A DNA stretch of 64,000 bases from an uncultured virus (IMG/VR IMGVR_UViG_3300023184_000084) (taxonomy: Duplodnaviria; Heunggongvirae; Uroviricota; Caudoviricetes). Below the pieces are notes generated by a model. It had not been told where the DNA came from and searched no databases. It saw nothing but the letters and a program-made list of their open reading frames with translations. A program made the translations under genes and the position numbers. The DNA is taken from the IMG/VR virus record IMGVR_UViG_3300023184_000084, one strand, 5' to 3'. Shown piece by piece: positions 48,102 to 57,777 of this stretch (positions are counted from its first letter, which is position 1; every line of letters starts with the position of its first letter).

Positions 48102-48941
48102 TTATCCAATCACCACTATTACTATTCCTGAACCACCATTTGCACCGTATTGAGTATTAGAAACACCGCCACGACCAGCACCACCACCGCCGCCTGTGTT
48201 TGTGGTTCCGCTTGTTCCGCTTGAACCAGGAGTAGAACCAGCACCACCACCACCAGAGCCACCAGTACCTCCACCAGAACCACCAGCACCGCCGCCTCCA
48301 CCAGCACGAGTAACAGATGTTCCAGTTATTGAAGAAGCAGCACCAGCACCACCATTACCGCCAGTAGAACCACCGTTACCACCACCACCACCAGCACCGC
48401 CACCGCCCCCAGGGCTAGAACCGCCGTCATTGCCTTGTCCTAAAAGAGAGCCACCGCCACCAGCACTATCTGAACCACCACCACCAGAACCACCAAAACC
48501 TGCGAAACCAAAAGCAGGACTTTGTGCATGACCACCGCCACCACCGAGAGCAAGATAATGTGATGTGCCAGAACCTATTCCACTTGGATATCCAGGACCA
48601 CCATCAAGTGGACTACCTGCGCCTGATCTTCCTCCTCCTCCACCACCACTGCCAAGAGTTATTGTTAAAGTGCCAGCAGGTAAAAGAAGTGAACTATTGT
48701 AAACATATCCACCAGCACCGCCACCGCCAGCGTTTGAGTTAGCGCCACCGCCACCGCCACCACCGCCTCCAATCATCAATACCTCAGCAGTACCTGCTGT
48801 GCCAACGGTAATAGAGCCAGAGCCTGTAAATGTATAGATTGATTTACCAGCACGAGATGAGGTATCTGCACCAACTGATGCGGAGGTTACTGTTGCTTTA
48901 CCAATACCGCCTGCTGATACTGGAGTAAATAGAGGACTCAT
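48102..48941 (-). CDS. glycine-rich fibre/adhesin protein
   Basis: IYTFTGSG..., poly-Gly runs, GGSGIVIV. Confidence 0.82.
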   Translation of the reverse strand: MSPLFTPVSAGGIGKATVTSASVGADTSSRAGKSIYTFTGSGSITVGTAGTAEVLMIGGGGGGGGGANSNAGGGGAGGYVYNSSLLLPAGTLTITLGSGGGGGGRSGAGSPLDGGPGYPSGIGSGTSHYLALGGGGGHAQSPAFGFAGFGGSGGGGSDSAGGGGSLLGQGNDGGSSPGGGGGAGGGGGNGGSTGGNGGAGAASSITGTSVTRAGGGGGAGGSGGGTGGSGGGGAGSTPGSSGTSGTTNTGGGGGAGRGGVSNTQYGANGGSGIVIVVIG

Positions 48942-48956
48942 TTATTTAAGCGCTCC

Positions 48957-49787
48957 TTATGCGTACTTAATAGGGCCTGCACCAAATACGGTGTAGGTTG
49001 GTGTTCCTGCTGTTTTAATAATTGTAAATGTATAAATATCAACTGATGATGCGTTTCCTGCTGAAGGTGCTGTGCCACCAGAATATTTAACTGTCTGTGC
49101 GTTTCCGTCAATTGTTAGGGCTGTCATATAATATGCAGTTGAACCTTGTGTTACTAGAAATGAAATTGTTAAAGAATCGTTAGTTGTTAATTTTGAGGCC
49201 AAAGTTGTTGAGCCAGAACCACGAACATTTAATGTCCAGTTAGCAGAAGCGTTAGTTGTGTAGTATAAAACGCCTTGAGTATCAGTATCAAATTGCACTG
49301 TTCCAGTAGCAGCAGTAGCAGATACAGTTGTGCGCTCTTCAGGTGATACCAAAATTGTGTCTGTAATTGCGGCTGTCCATTTTACGCCTGATGCTTGAGC
49401 AGAGTCAGCAACGAGCATCGTGTTATTAGCGCCAACAGCAACATTGGTTACCGTGTTATCTGCAGTAGCAACAATTAAATCGCCTTTAGCATTTACTAAA
49501 GTTTGATCTACAGCATTTGCAATAACAAACTCGGAGAAGGTAAGAATTTCTACAACATCAGATGCTACTAAAGCAGCAAGTGAAGCGATGCTTGTTCCAT
49601 TAGTGGCTACATAATCTTGACCACGAACAAGAAGAACGCCATTTAAATAAACCTGTTCCTTACCTGCTACATAAGCAAGTACAGAGCCGTTGGCATCTAC
49701 GCCAGAGACAGATGTCTCAGAACCAACAGCAACAAACCGATAACGAGTTAATGTTGCTACCTGTGGATTGACTGTTGAAATTGACAT
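48957..49787 (-). CDS. fibre/structural protein
   Basis: VYLNGVLL..G.DY; AKGDLIVAT; C-terminal D.YTF.IIKT. Confidence 0.75.
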   Translation of the reverse strand: MSISTVNPQVATLTRYRFVAVGSETSVSGVDANGSVLAYVAGKEQVYLNGVLLVRGQDYVATNGTSIASLAALVASDVVEILTFSEFVIANAVDQTLVNAKGDLIVATADNTVTNVAVGANNTMLVADSAQASGVKWTAAITDTILVSPEERTTVSATAATGTVQFDTDTQGVLYYTTNASANWTLNVRGSGSTTLASKLTTNDSLTISFLVTQGSTAYYMTALTIDGNAQTVKYSGGTAPSAGNASSVDIYTFTIIKTAGTPTYTVFGAGPIKYA

Positions 49788-50131
49788 TAGGAGATTTGAC
49801 TTCCATATGCTGAGAAGGAAAGTGTTGCAGATGAGCCATATACACGAATACGATCACCAGCGGCTAGAGTTAACCCGACAGTTAGTACTGTGGTGTCTGA
49901 TGCAGCAACAGTTGCTCCATAAACAATGTAGTGCTTTGCTGTGGCAGAAGATCCAGCATCAGCAGATGGTTGAATTGCAATCCGATAGGTTGCAGCACTT
50001 GATGCTTGATTACAGATAACGAGTGAAGACACTACGGTCTCAACGCTAGTTGAGGTGTATAGAGTTCCTTCTGTTGTTGCGCCAAGAGTAGCGGTTGCTA
50101 CCTGGCCTAAAATTTTATACGCTGTTGCCAT
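49787..50131 (-). CDS. small structural protein
   Basis: Start MATAYKILGQ with AAGGAG RBS; ends FSAYGSQIS. Confidence 0.75.
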   Translation of the reverse strand: MATAYKILGQVATATLGATTEGTLYTSTSVETVVSSLVICNQASSAATYRIAIQPSADAGSSATAKHYIVYGATVAASDTTVLTVGLTLAAGDRIRVYGSSATLSFSAYGSQIS

Positions 50132-50200
50132 GAGACTCCTTCGAAGGGGATAAGCATAGGTTAGTTGGTACAACAATACTATGTGGGCTAAAGTGTCCCT
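50132..50200. promoter_or_regulatory. divergent promoter region
   Basis: Plus: TAAAGT (50189-50194) 6 nt before ATG 50201; minus: TATGCT upstream of the RBS of 50131. Confidence 0.55.
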
Positions 50201-51202
50201 ATGAATTTGGTGCACAAATCGGTTTCTCAAGGGGGCAAATTAGCGCCTCTAATTCTACCGCACTCTCATACCTTGGGTATGGGTTTAATGAACCCCTCAA
50301 TATTTATTGATGATGATGGCGATATCTTAGTAAACATTCGGCACGTAAATTACACGCTCTATCACTCAGAGAAAGACCAGCGCTTCTTTAGTCCTTGGGG
50401 ACCACTCTCATATCTACATCCTGAAAGAGATCAGCGACTAGTTACTACCAACTACATAGGACGCCTTGATAAAGATTACAACTTAATTAATTTTACTAAG
50501 GTTGATTACTCTCGCTTTGATGTTCCACCTATCTGGGAGTTTGTTGGCGAAGAGGATGTCCGCATCACTCAGTGGGATGGCAATTATTATTTAATCGGGG
50601 TACGACGTGATACCACGCCCAATGGGCAAGGTCGCATGGAGTACTCCAAGATTGAGTTAGATAAAACTACTTGGACAGCCACAGAGGTACAACGAGTTCG
50701 TATTCCGCCTCCTATCGATGTTAACTCTTACTGTGAAAAGAATTGGATGCCGATTCTTGATATGCCATATCATTTTGTTAAGTGGGCTATGCCTACTGAG
50801 GTTGTTTGGGCTGATCCTGATAAACCTGAATGTAAGCAGGTACTGACAAAAGAAACTCCGCCGATTTCTCCTGATCAACGTGGTGGTACTAACATCGTTG
50901 CTTGGGGCGATTATTACATTACCTTTACTCATGAAGTTAGATTGTGGAAAAATTATTTAAATCAAAAGGACTCTACATATCGTCATCGAATGATTGTGTG
51001 GGATAAGGAGTTTAACTTTGTTGGCGTAACAAATCCATTTGCATTTTTAGATACACCTATTGAGTTCTGTGTGGGCGCAGCAATTCTTAAAGGAAAATTA
51101 TTACTAACATTTGGTGTTCAAGATAACTGTGCATTTCTTCTTGAGGTTCCTAAGAAGGTTGTGAACGGGATGATTACGGAGGCCATGTCTTATGGACGTT
51201 AA
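50201..51202 (+). CDS. five-bladed beta-propeller glycoenzyme (GH130/GT91/GT108-like)
   Basis: NPSI, GEEDVRI, EKNWMP, RGGT, IEFCVG, FGVQD. Confidence 0.75.
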   Translation: MNLVHKSVSQGGKLAPLILPHSHTLGMGLMNPSIFIDDDGDILVNIRHVNYTLYHSEKDQRFFSPWGPLSYLHPERDQRLVTTNYIGRLDKDYNLINFTKVDYSRFDVPPIWEFVGEEDVRITQWDGNYYLIGVRRDTTPNGQGRMEYSKIELDKTTWTATEVQRVRIPPPIDVNSYCEKNWMPILDMPYHFVKWAMPTEVVWADPDKPECKQVLTKETPPISPDQRGGTNIVAWGDYYITFTHEVRLWKNYLNQKDSTYRHRMIVWDKEFNFVGVTNPFAFLDTPIEFCVGAAILKGKLLLTFGVQDNCAFLLEVPKKVVNGMITEAMSYGR

Positions 51203-51755
51203 AGAGTTGGCTTTAAAACTGGCTGAAAATCCTAATGATCCTCAGATTAACTTTGATTTAGCATCTGCTTATGAAGAGCAGTTACAGTACGCATCTGCAG
51301 CAGGGTTTTACTTAAGAGCCGCTGAACACGGGTATAAAACCCACCCATTAATTACCTACACATCTCTGTTAAAGATGGCTCTATGTTGGGGTGCTCAAGG
51401 AGATAGAAACCGCACCGTGTACAACAACATTATGCAGGCTATTGCTTATTTACCAAATAGACCAGAGGCGTATTTTCTAGTGTCTAGAATTAAAGAACGA
51501 AATAAGGAATATCAAGAATGCTATACCTATGCTGAACTAGGTCTGCTATTTGCTACTACTACATATAATCAGCCACTGCCAGGATATGTTGAATACAACG
51601 GCTCATACTGCCTACTATTTGAGAAGGCTGTTGCTAGTTGGTGGATTGGGCGTAGAGATGAAAGTAAGATTCTGTTTGAACATCTGTTAGATAATTATGA
51701 GATGTCTCAAGAGTATGTGAATGGATGTCTTAACAATTTGAAGTTGTTTAACTAA
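51192..51755 (+). CDS. TPR-repeat protein
   Basis: Helical repeats, AIAYLPNRPEAYF. Confidence 0.8.
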   Translation: MDVKELALKLAENPNDPQINFDLASAYEEQLQYASAAGFYLRAAEHGYKTHPLITYTSLLKMALCWGAQGDRNRTVYNNIMQAIAYLPNRPEAYFLVSRIKERNKEYQECYTYAELGLLFATTTYNQPLPGYVEYNGSYCLLFEKAVASWWIGRRDESKILFEHLLDNYEMSQEYVNGCLNNLKLFN

Positions 51756-52288
51756 TGTTTCCTAATTGGTTTAAAGATGTAGAGAAGTACTTCAGACATG
51801 TACCAAGTGTTCCACTTCGTGCACTGCAGATCGGCACCTACACAGGAGACGCCACGCAGTGGCTACTTACTAATCGAGAGATTGAATATCTAGATGATGT
51901 AGATACCTGGGAGGGCAGTGAAGAGACCGCCCATAAAGATTTAGATTTTGTTTCAGTAGAGGCTTACTATGATTCAAGGTTCCCAAAGGATGGAAAAATC
52001 TTAAAGCACAAGATGACCAGTGATAACTTCTTTAGTCGTAACGCTAGTTCATATAACTTCATATACATAGATGGGGATCACACCGCCCTACAGACCGCTA
52101 TAGATGGTTTAAATGGCTTCAGGCACCTGGAATCAGGTGGGGTGATGGCATTTGATGACTACCTCTGGAACTACGGCGGAGGAGAGTACAGAGAGCCAAA
52201 GAGGGGCGTGGATTGCGTTCTTAATCTCTGTAAAGGCGAGTACACAATGATTGAATCTGGATATCAGGTATGGATTGAGAAGTGCTAG
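51755..52288 (+). CDS. class I SAM-dependent methyltransferase (Methyltransf_24-like)
   Basis: LQIGTYTG, FIYIDGDH, L..GG...FDDY. Confidence 0.88.
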   Translation: MFPNWFKDVEKYFRHVPSVPLRALQIGTYTGDATQWLLTNREIEYLDDVDTWEGSEETAHKDLDFVSVEAYYDSRFPKDGKILKHKMTSDNFFSRNASSYNFIYIDGDHTALQTAIDGLNGFRHLESGGVMAFDDYLWNYGGGEYREPKRGVDCVLNLCKGEYTMIESGYQVWIEKC

Positions 52289-53013
52289 ATAACGCCTGCT
52301 TTGAGGTCTTTCATACTGATACTGGAAATGAACTAAGAAACAAATCTTATGAGGGCATTTTAAATTCTATGTCCTTCTTGCCACGCCTTGGCTCTGAGAC
52401 TATGTATCTAAATACAGCAGAGAAGGCTGAAGCATTTATTAATCAAACCCCAGAGTTTAAAGTAAATACGGTTACTGACTTCTGTAAGCCAGGAGAGACC
52501 TTCCCACCATCATCTGGAGTTATAGGAGTTTGGGCAAGTACTTACTTGGCTTATAAAAAGTTTTTAGAGTCTGATAAAAAGTTATTAATACTGTTTGAAG
52601 ATGACATAGTCATAAGTAAAAACTTTAAAGGTATTGCAGAGTTATACATGAGCGAACTAATGCCTATCTGGGATTTCTTTTCTTTTTTTGTTCCTGATGA
52701 TTCACTCTTTGCATATAATGAATCTGAACATGATTTAAGTGAAGAGCACATCTGCAAGTCTTATCAACAATGGTCTTGTGCAGGATATGCGGTAAGTAGA
52801 CGTGGGGCAGAAAAAGCAATTGCAGATATTAGATTACAAGGAATTAACTGCCCTATAGATTGGTATATATTTAACTTTAGAATGAAGCAAGAAAAAAATC
52901 AAATGCGATTTAATACCTTTACAATAAAACCACAAATATATAAACCTATAAAGTTTTTATTAGAAGCGGCTCAACACAGCCAAATTCACAACGGCAGTAC
53001 AGAACTACTTTAG
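52282..53013 (+). CDS. glycosyltransferase family 25-like
   Basis: G..G...S...A, LILFEDD, Y.VS..GA, PID. Confidence 0.75.
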   Translation: MLDNACFEVFHTDTGNELRNKSYEGILNSMSFLPRLGSETMYLNTAEKAEAFINQTPEFKVNTVTDFCKPGETFPPSSGVIGVWASTYLAYKKFLESDKKLLILFEDDIVISKNFKGIAELYMSELMPIWDFFSFFVPDDSLFAYNESEHDLSEEHICKSYQQWSCAGYAVSRRGAEKAIADIRLQGINCPIDWYIFNFRMKQEKNQMRFNTFTIKPQIYKPIKFLLEAAQHSQIHNGSTELL

Positions 53014-54408
53014 TTACATTCCACCATACAACAACACTGTGGTTGTTGGATCTGCAGCAACTTGTCCAGTAGTTCCTTGTGTACCTTGAGTTCCGTTAGT
53101 TCCACCAATACCTTGCGTACCTACAGTTCCTTGAGAACCAGTTGTGCCTTGGCTACCTACCGTACCTTGGCTACCTACCGTACCTTGGCTACCTACCGTA
53201 CCTTGGCTACCTACCGTACCTTGGCTACCTACCGTACCTTGGCTACCTACCGTACCTTGGGCTCCATTAGATCCTACAAATCCAGCAGTTCCTTGCGTTC
53301 CAGTAGTTCCTTGGGCTCCAAGGGTACCTTGAGTACCTTGAGTACCTTGTGCACCTGTATCACCCTTGTCACCAGTACGAGCAAAGGTAATTAAAATATC
53401 ATCAGAGTTAAGTAATGTTCCATTTCCAGATACATAAGAACAACCAACTGTAAACCAACCAGTATTATCTGTAAGAGATGAAATTGTATAAAGTTTAAAT
53501 ACACTTGTATCTAATTTCTTTGATACACGGAAGTGTCCTTTAATAGTTGAAGTAGAGTCATCAATTGTGTTTAAAAATGAGGACAAGTCTGTTACAGAGT
53601 CATCGCTTGCATCAATATACATAGCAGTTGCCGTTGTAGGAGATGCGTTAAATCTTAAATTTCCAGTTCCTGGATCAGCATTAGTAGTACTTGTTAAGAA
53701 AGTGTAATCAAAGGTGGCTCCACCAAAACTACCAACAGTGCCTTGGGTACCTAGAGTTCCTTGAGTTCCAGTAGTTCCTTGAGTGCCTTGAGTACCCTGA
53801 GCGCCAAGTGTTCCTTGCGTACCGTTTAATCCCTGAGTTCCCTGCGTTCCTTGAGTTCCTTGAGTTCCTTGAGTTCCTTGAGTTCCCTGTGTTCCTTGAG
53901 TACCAACACCTACAGTACCTTGAGTACCTTGAATTCCTTGTGAACCAACAGTACCTTGAATGCCTTGAGTTCCCTGTGTTCCTTGAGTACCAACTGTACC
54001 TTGAATTCCTTGAGTACCTTGAATTCCTTGAGCACCCTGTGCTCCTGTTGTACCTTGAACTTGAGTTACAGTTGTATTAATTACCTGTGTTCCAGCATCG
54101 TAGGTAAATGTAATACCTGTTTTACTGCCGCTATTTAAGGCATTTGCAATACGTGAATTTGTAGCATATTTATTTACAGTACCTTCAGAAAGGTCATCTG
54201 TAGTATTTAATGCTGAACCTGAAATAAGTGCGGCAATTGCATCTTCATCAAGAAAGTATGGCAAAGTAGCATAAGCAGTACTACCATCACCAATTTTAAA
54301 TTTATTATTTGTAGTGTCGTAACAAACTTCACCAGCATATGGTGTTGGATTATTTGCAGTCCATTGACCAGCAGTTCCTCGTCGTATTTGAATGCGTACT
54401 GATGACAT
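53014..54408 (-). CDS. collagen-like fibre with Mtd-N-type N-terminus
   Basis: IQIRRGTA..W...NP....GE...DT....KIGDG; G-X-Y runs flanking one globular domain. Confidence 0.88.
   Translation of the reverse strand: MSSVRIQIRRGTAGQWTANNPTPYAGEVCYDTTNNKFKIGDGSTAYATLPYFLDEDAIAALISGSALNTTDDLSEGTVNKYATNSRIANALNSGSKTGITFTYDAGTQVINTTVTQVQGTTGAQGAQGIQGTQGIQGTVGTQGTQGTQGIQGTVGSQGIQGTQGTVGVGTQGTQGTQGTQGTQGTQGTQGTQGLNGTQGTLGAQGTQGTQGTTGTQGTLGTQGTVGSFGGATFDYTFLTSTTNADPGTGNLRFNASPTTATAMYIDASDDSVTDLSSFLNTIDDSTSTIKGHFRVSKKLDTSVFKLYTISSLTDNTGWFTVGCSYVSGNGTLLNSDDILITFARTGDKGDTGAQGTQGTQGTLGAQGTTGTQGTAGFVGSNGAQGTVGSQGTVGSQGTVGSQGTVGSQGTVGSQGTVGSQGTTGSQGTVGTQGIGGTNGTQGTQGTTGQVAADPTTTVLLYGGM
53147..53260. repeat. 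perfect 18-bp tandem repeat x6
   Basis: CCTTGGCTACCTACCGTA x6 + CCTTGG; encodes GTVGSQ. Confidence 0.95.
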
Positions 54409-54689
54409 TAAATTACTCCTCCACCATCATAAGTAAGGGCATAAACATCTGACCCACCTGCTTCATTTCCACCATCAATTGTTGCTGAATAAGAATCACT
54501 TCCTCCAGCCTCATCTCCGCCTTCAAGTATATCTGCTGCTGCACTAGTAACAATCTCAAACCATTGCACCCCATCAAATACAAACAGATTCTTTGCATCT
54601 GTGTTGTAGTAGATATCACCAGCGTACCTGCCAGTAGGCGCAGTGCCTACGGCAAGTACGTTGATAGGTACTAGGGCTCTTTTACTCAC
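54408..54689 (-). CDS. small fibre-associated protein
   Basis: GDIYYNT....L.VFDG..W; (D/E)GG repeats. Confidence 0.75.
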   Translation of the reverse strand: MSKRALVPINVLAVGTAPTGRYAGDIYYNTDAKNLFVFDGVQWFEIVTSAAADILEGGDEAGGSDSYSATIDGGNEAGGSDVYALTYDGGGVI

Positions 54690-54692
54690 GTA

Positions 54693-57449
54693 TTAAGCCT
54701 TTACTACGACCCTGTAAATTTCACCTGATTGTGGAGCAACTGCAAATCCGATAGTTACAGCAGATGTAGTTGATGCAATTACATCAGTGACTACCTCGTT
54801 ATAAGTAGCGTCTTGAACAGTTACTAACACATCTCGTGTTCCAAGATTGTGTGTAATTGTAAATGTTGTTGCTGAGTATGGAGATACTGGAGTAATAGTC
54901 TCTGCATAAGTTCCAAGTTGACCAGAGGTACCTTGGGCTCCCAGAGTTCCTTGAGTTCCTGTTGTACCTTGAGATCCAACTGTTCCTTGTGCACCAGTTG
55001 TACCTTGTACACCAGTAGCACCGTCTAAGTTGATTGACCATACAGCGTAGGTTCCTGAACCTCTAACGTCATTGACGTTTACAACAAGGGTGTCAGTTCC
55101 TGATGTGTAACTTACTACAGTTGCAGACATGTTGTTGTTTACATCGTAAGCAACTACTACGTCTTGACCTACTGAGTATGAAAGATTTGGATCAGCCAGT
55201 ACAAAACTTACGTTATTTGCTACTGCAATTGAACGTGAGGTTGTAGAGGTTGTCTTGTAGCGATCAGATTGTCCCTGAACACCTTGAGCACCAAGTGTAC
55301 CCTGAGTACCTTGAGTACCAACAGTTCCTTGAGTACCTTGTGCACCTACTGTGCCTTGAGATCCAACAGTACCTTGAGCACCTACTGTGCCTTGAGCACC
55401 GACAGTTCCCTGAGCACCGACAGTTCCTTGAGCACCAACAGTTCCCTGAGCACCAACAGTTCCCTGAGCACCAACTGTGCCTTGGCTACCAACGGTACCT
55501 TGAGTACCATCTGTGCCTTGAGTACCTTGGGCTCCAAGAGTACCTTGAACGCCTTGAGTTCCTTGAGAACCGACTGTACCTTGAGTACCAGTAGTTCCTT
55601 GAGTTCCTTGTGCACCAGTTGTACCTTGGGCTCCAAGAGTTCCTTGAGTTCCTTGGCTACCGACTGTTCCTTGTACGCCTTGGGCACCTAAAGTACCTTG
55701 AGTACCTTGGGCTCCAACGTCACCAGTACGAGCAAAGGTGATAAGAACGGCATCGGTATTTGATAAAGAACCAGCACCAGATAAGTATGTAATATCTAAA
55801 TCAAAGAAACCTGTGTCATCAACCATTGAGTTGATTGCATACATTGCAAACACAGCCGCATTAGATTTCTTAGATACTTTTACGTGACCTTTAATTGTTG
55901 AAGTAGAGTCATCGATAGTTGCTAAATATGAAGAGATGTTTGTTGCATTTACATCTTCATCATCAATTACAAGATGAGTTGCAGATGCTAAAGATGCATT
56001 ATTAAATCGTATATTTGTTGAACCTGGGTCTGACATTGCGGTGGTTGTACTGTATGCATATTCAACAGTTACGCCGCCAAAGTTACCTTCTTTACCTTGT
56101 ATACCCTGAATACCATTAGCACCTTGAGCACCAAGAGTTCCTTGTGTACCCTGTGCACCAAGAGTGCCTTGAGTACCTTGAGAACCTACAGTTCCTTGTA
56201 CGCCTTGAGATCCAACGGTTCCTTGAGTACCTTGTGTACCAACACTTCCTTGTACACCTTGAGTACCATCAGTACCTTGAGTACCTTGGGCTCCAACAGT
56301 TCCTTGAGAACCTACAGAACCCTGTGCACCAAGAGTACCTTGGCTACCAACGGTTCCTTGAGATCCAATTGTTCCCTGTGAACCAACGGTACCTTGAGTA
56401 CCTTGAGAACCAACAGTACCTTGTGATCCAACGGTACCTTGGGTTCCTTGTGAGCCAACTGTGCCTTGTACTCCTTGAGAACCAGTTGTTCCCTGGGTTC
56501 CTTGAGCACCAACATCACCTGTACGAGCAAATGTAAATAAAAGTTCTTCGCCATTGGTAAATGTTCCGTTACCAGATACGTAAGCAACTTCTATATCAAA
56601 CCAATTTGGTGCTGAGTCTGTAAGACCAGCAATTGTGTAAAGTGCAAAGACAGATGTATCAAATTTCTTAGATACTTTTACGTGACCTTTAATTGTTGAT
56701 GTTGAATCATCAATAGTCTGTAAGAAATTAGAAATATCGTAGTTACCATCAGAAGGATTATCATCTAATGCAATGTGTGAAACTAAAGTTAAGTTAGCAT
56801 TGTTTAGACGAGCAAAGTTGTCGCCTGGGTCTGACATAGTTGTGTTATTACTATATGTATACTCAACAGTAATACCACCAAATGAACCTTCAGTACCTTG
56901 AGTACCTTGTGTACCGTTAAGACCTTGTGCACCTAATGTGCCCTGTGTTCCTTGAGCGCCAAGAGTACCTTGTGAACCTAGTGTTCCTTGAGTACCTTGC
57001 GCTCCTAATGTTCCTTGAGTTCCCTGTGAACCAACTGTACCTTGTGCACCTAAAGTACCTTGGGTACCTTGTGCACCATTAGAACCGTCTAAACCTTGTG
57101 CACCAGCAGTTCCTTGAGAACCTACTGTACCTTGTGAGCCAACTGTGCCTTGTGCACCAACTGTACCTTGTGAGCCAACAGTACCTTGACTACCTACTGC
57201 ACCTTGTGTACCAAGCGTTCCTTGGGCTCCAAGGGTACCTTGAGTACCTTGTGCTCCAGTAGTTCCTTGCGAGCCTTGACTTGCATTAATCCATGCAGTG
57301 CCATTCCATGTGCGTAGATATAATAATACTGTGTCAAAATAAACTTGACCAACTACGGGAGATGCTGGGGCGGTTGCTAAGTTTTGTATTCTTGCATTTT
57401 GTAATTCTAATTTGTTTAAATCAATCGGGGTTAAAAACTTACGGGCCAT
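54693..57449 (-). CDS. large collagen-like fibre protein
   Basis: Four G-X-Y segments, two copies of a globular domain, C-terminal ITHNLGT domain. Confidence 0.9.
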   Translation of the reverse strand: MARKFLTPIDLNKLELQNARIQNLATAPASPVVGQVYFDTVLLYLRTWNGTAWINASQGSQGTTGAQGTQGTLGAQGTLGTQGAVGSQGTVGSQGTVGAQGTVGSQGTVGSQGTAGAQGLDGSNGAQGTQGTLGAQGTVGSQGTQGTLGAQGTQGTLGSQGTLGAQGTQGTLGAQGLNGTQGTQGTEGSFGGITVEYTYSNNTTMSDPGDNFARLNNANLTLVSHIALDDNPSDGNYDISNFLQTIDDSTSTIKGHVKVSKKFDTSVFALYTIAGLTDSAPNWFDIEVAYVSGNGTFTNGEELLFTFARTGDVGAQGTQGTTGSQGVQGTVGSQGTQGTVGSQGTVGSQGTQGTVGSQGTIGSQGTVGSQGTLGAQGSVGSQGTVGAQGTQGTDGTQGVQGSVGTQGTQGTVGSQGVQGTVGSQGTQGTLGAQGTQGTLGAQGANGIQGIQGKEGNFGGVTVEYAYSTTTAMSDPGSTNIRFNNASLASATHLVIDDEDVNATNISSYLATIDDSTSTIKGHVKVSKKSNAAVFAMYAINSMVDDTGFFDLDITYLSGAGSLSNTDAVLITFARTGDVGAQGTQGTLGAQGVQGTVGSQGTQGTLGAQGTTGAQGTQGTTGTQGTVGSQGTQGVQGTLGAQGTQGTDGTQGTVGSQGTVGAQGTVGAQGTVGAQGTVGAQGTVGAQGTVGAQGTVGSQGTVGAQGTQGTVGTQGTQGTLGAQGVQGQSDRYKTTSTTSRSIAVANNVSFVLADPNLSYSVGQDVVVAYDVNNNMSATVVSYTSGTDTLVVNVNDVRGSGTYAVWSINLDGATGVQGTTGAQGTVGSQGTTGTQGTLGAQGTSGQLGTYAETITPVSPYSATTFTITHNLGTRDVLVTVQDATYNEVVTDVIASTTSAVTIGFAVAPQSGEIYRVVVKA

Positions 57450-57462
57450 CTACATTATCTCC

Positions 57463-57777
57463 TTAAGATAAATATGCTTTTCCTGAAAAGGCTTGAGAAA
57501 ACGAGACCGTAAGTGAGTTCGAATTAGTGTATGTTATTTCACCTTCATATATTGTACCCCCAGAGTCTACAACTGTAACGTTAGGCTTAAAGCCTAAATT
57601 ATGAGTTATTACCCAAGAAGAACTAACTGCATTTTGAGTATGCTCATACGCTAAGGCTTGTGGCTCTAGTGCACCGCTAGTTGTTCCAAAGTCTTGAGTA
57701 CCAGAGGGTGTAGTTATTAAGATTACGTCATTTACTACAATTGGAACAGTAGTTCCTGGTCTTACGTACTGACTCAT
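57463..57777 (-). CDS. small structural protein
   Basis: W.ITHNLG..P.VTVVD motif shared with the collagen C-terminus. Confidence 0.75.
   Translation of the reverse strand: MSQYVRPGTTVPIVVNDVILITTPSGTQDFGTTSGALEPQALAYEHTQNAVSSSWVITHNLGFKPNVTVVDSGGTIYEGEITYTNSNSLTVSFSQAFSGKAYLS

Noticed and set aside
43731..48531. Plus-strand poly-proline ORFs
   Set aside because: Antisense shadows of the glycine-rich genes
53062..56536. Plus-strand repetitive ORFs (LATYRT, PWLPTV, LEYLE)
   Set aside because: Antisense translations of collagen repeats
53014..57449. CRISPR array
   Set aside because: Repeats are contiguous in-frame collagen codons with no unique spacers; the Cas4-like gene is a stand-alone phage nuclease
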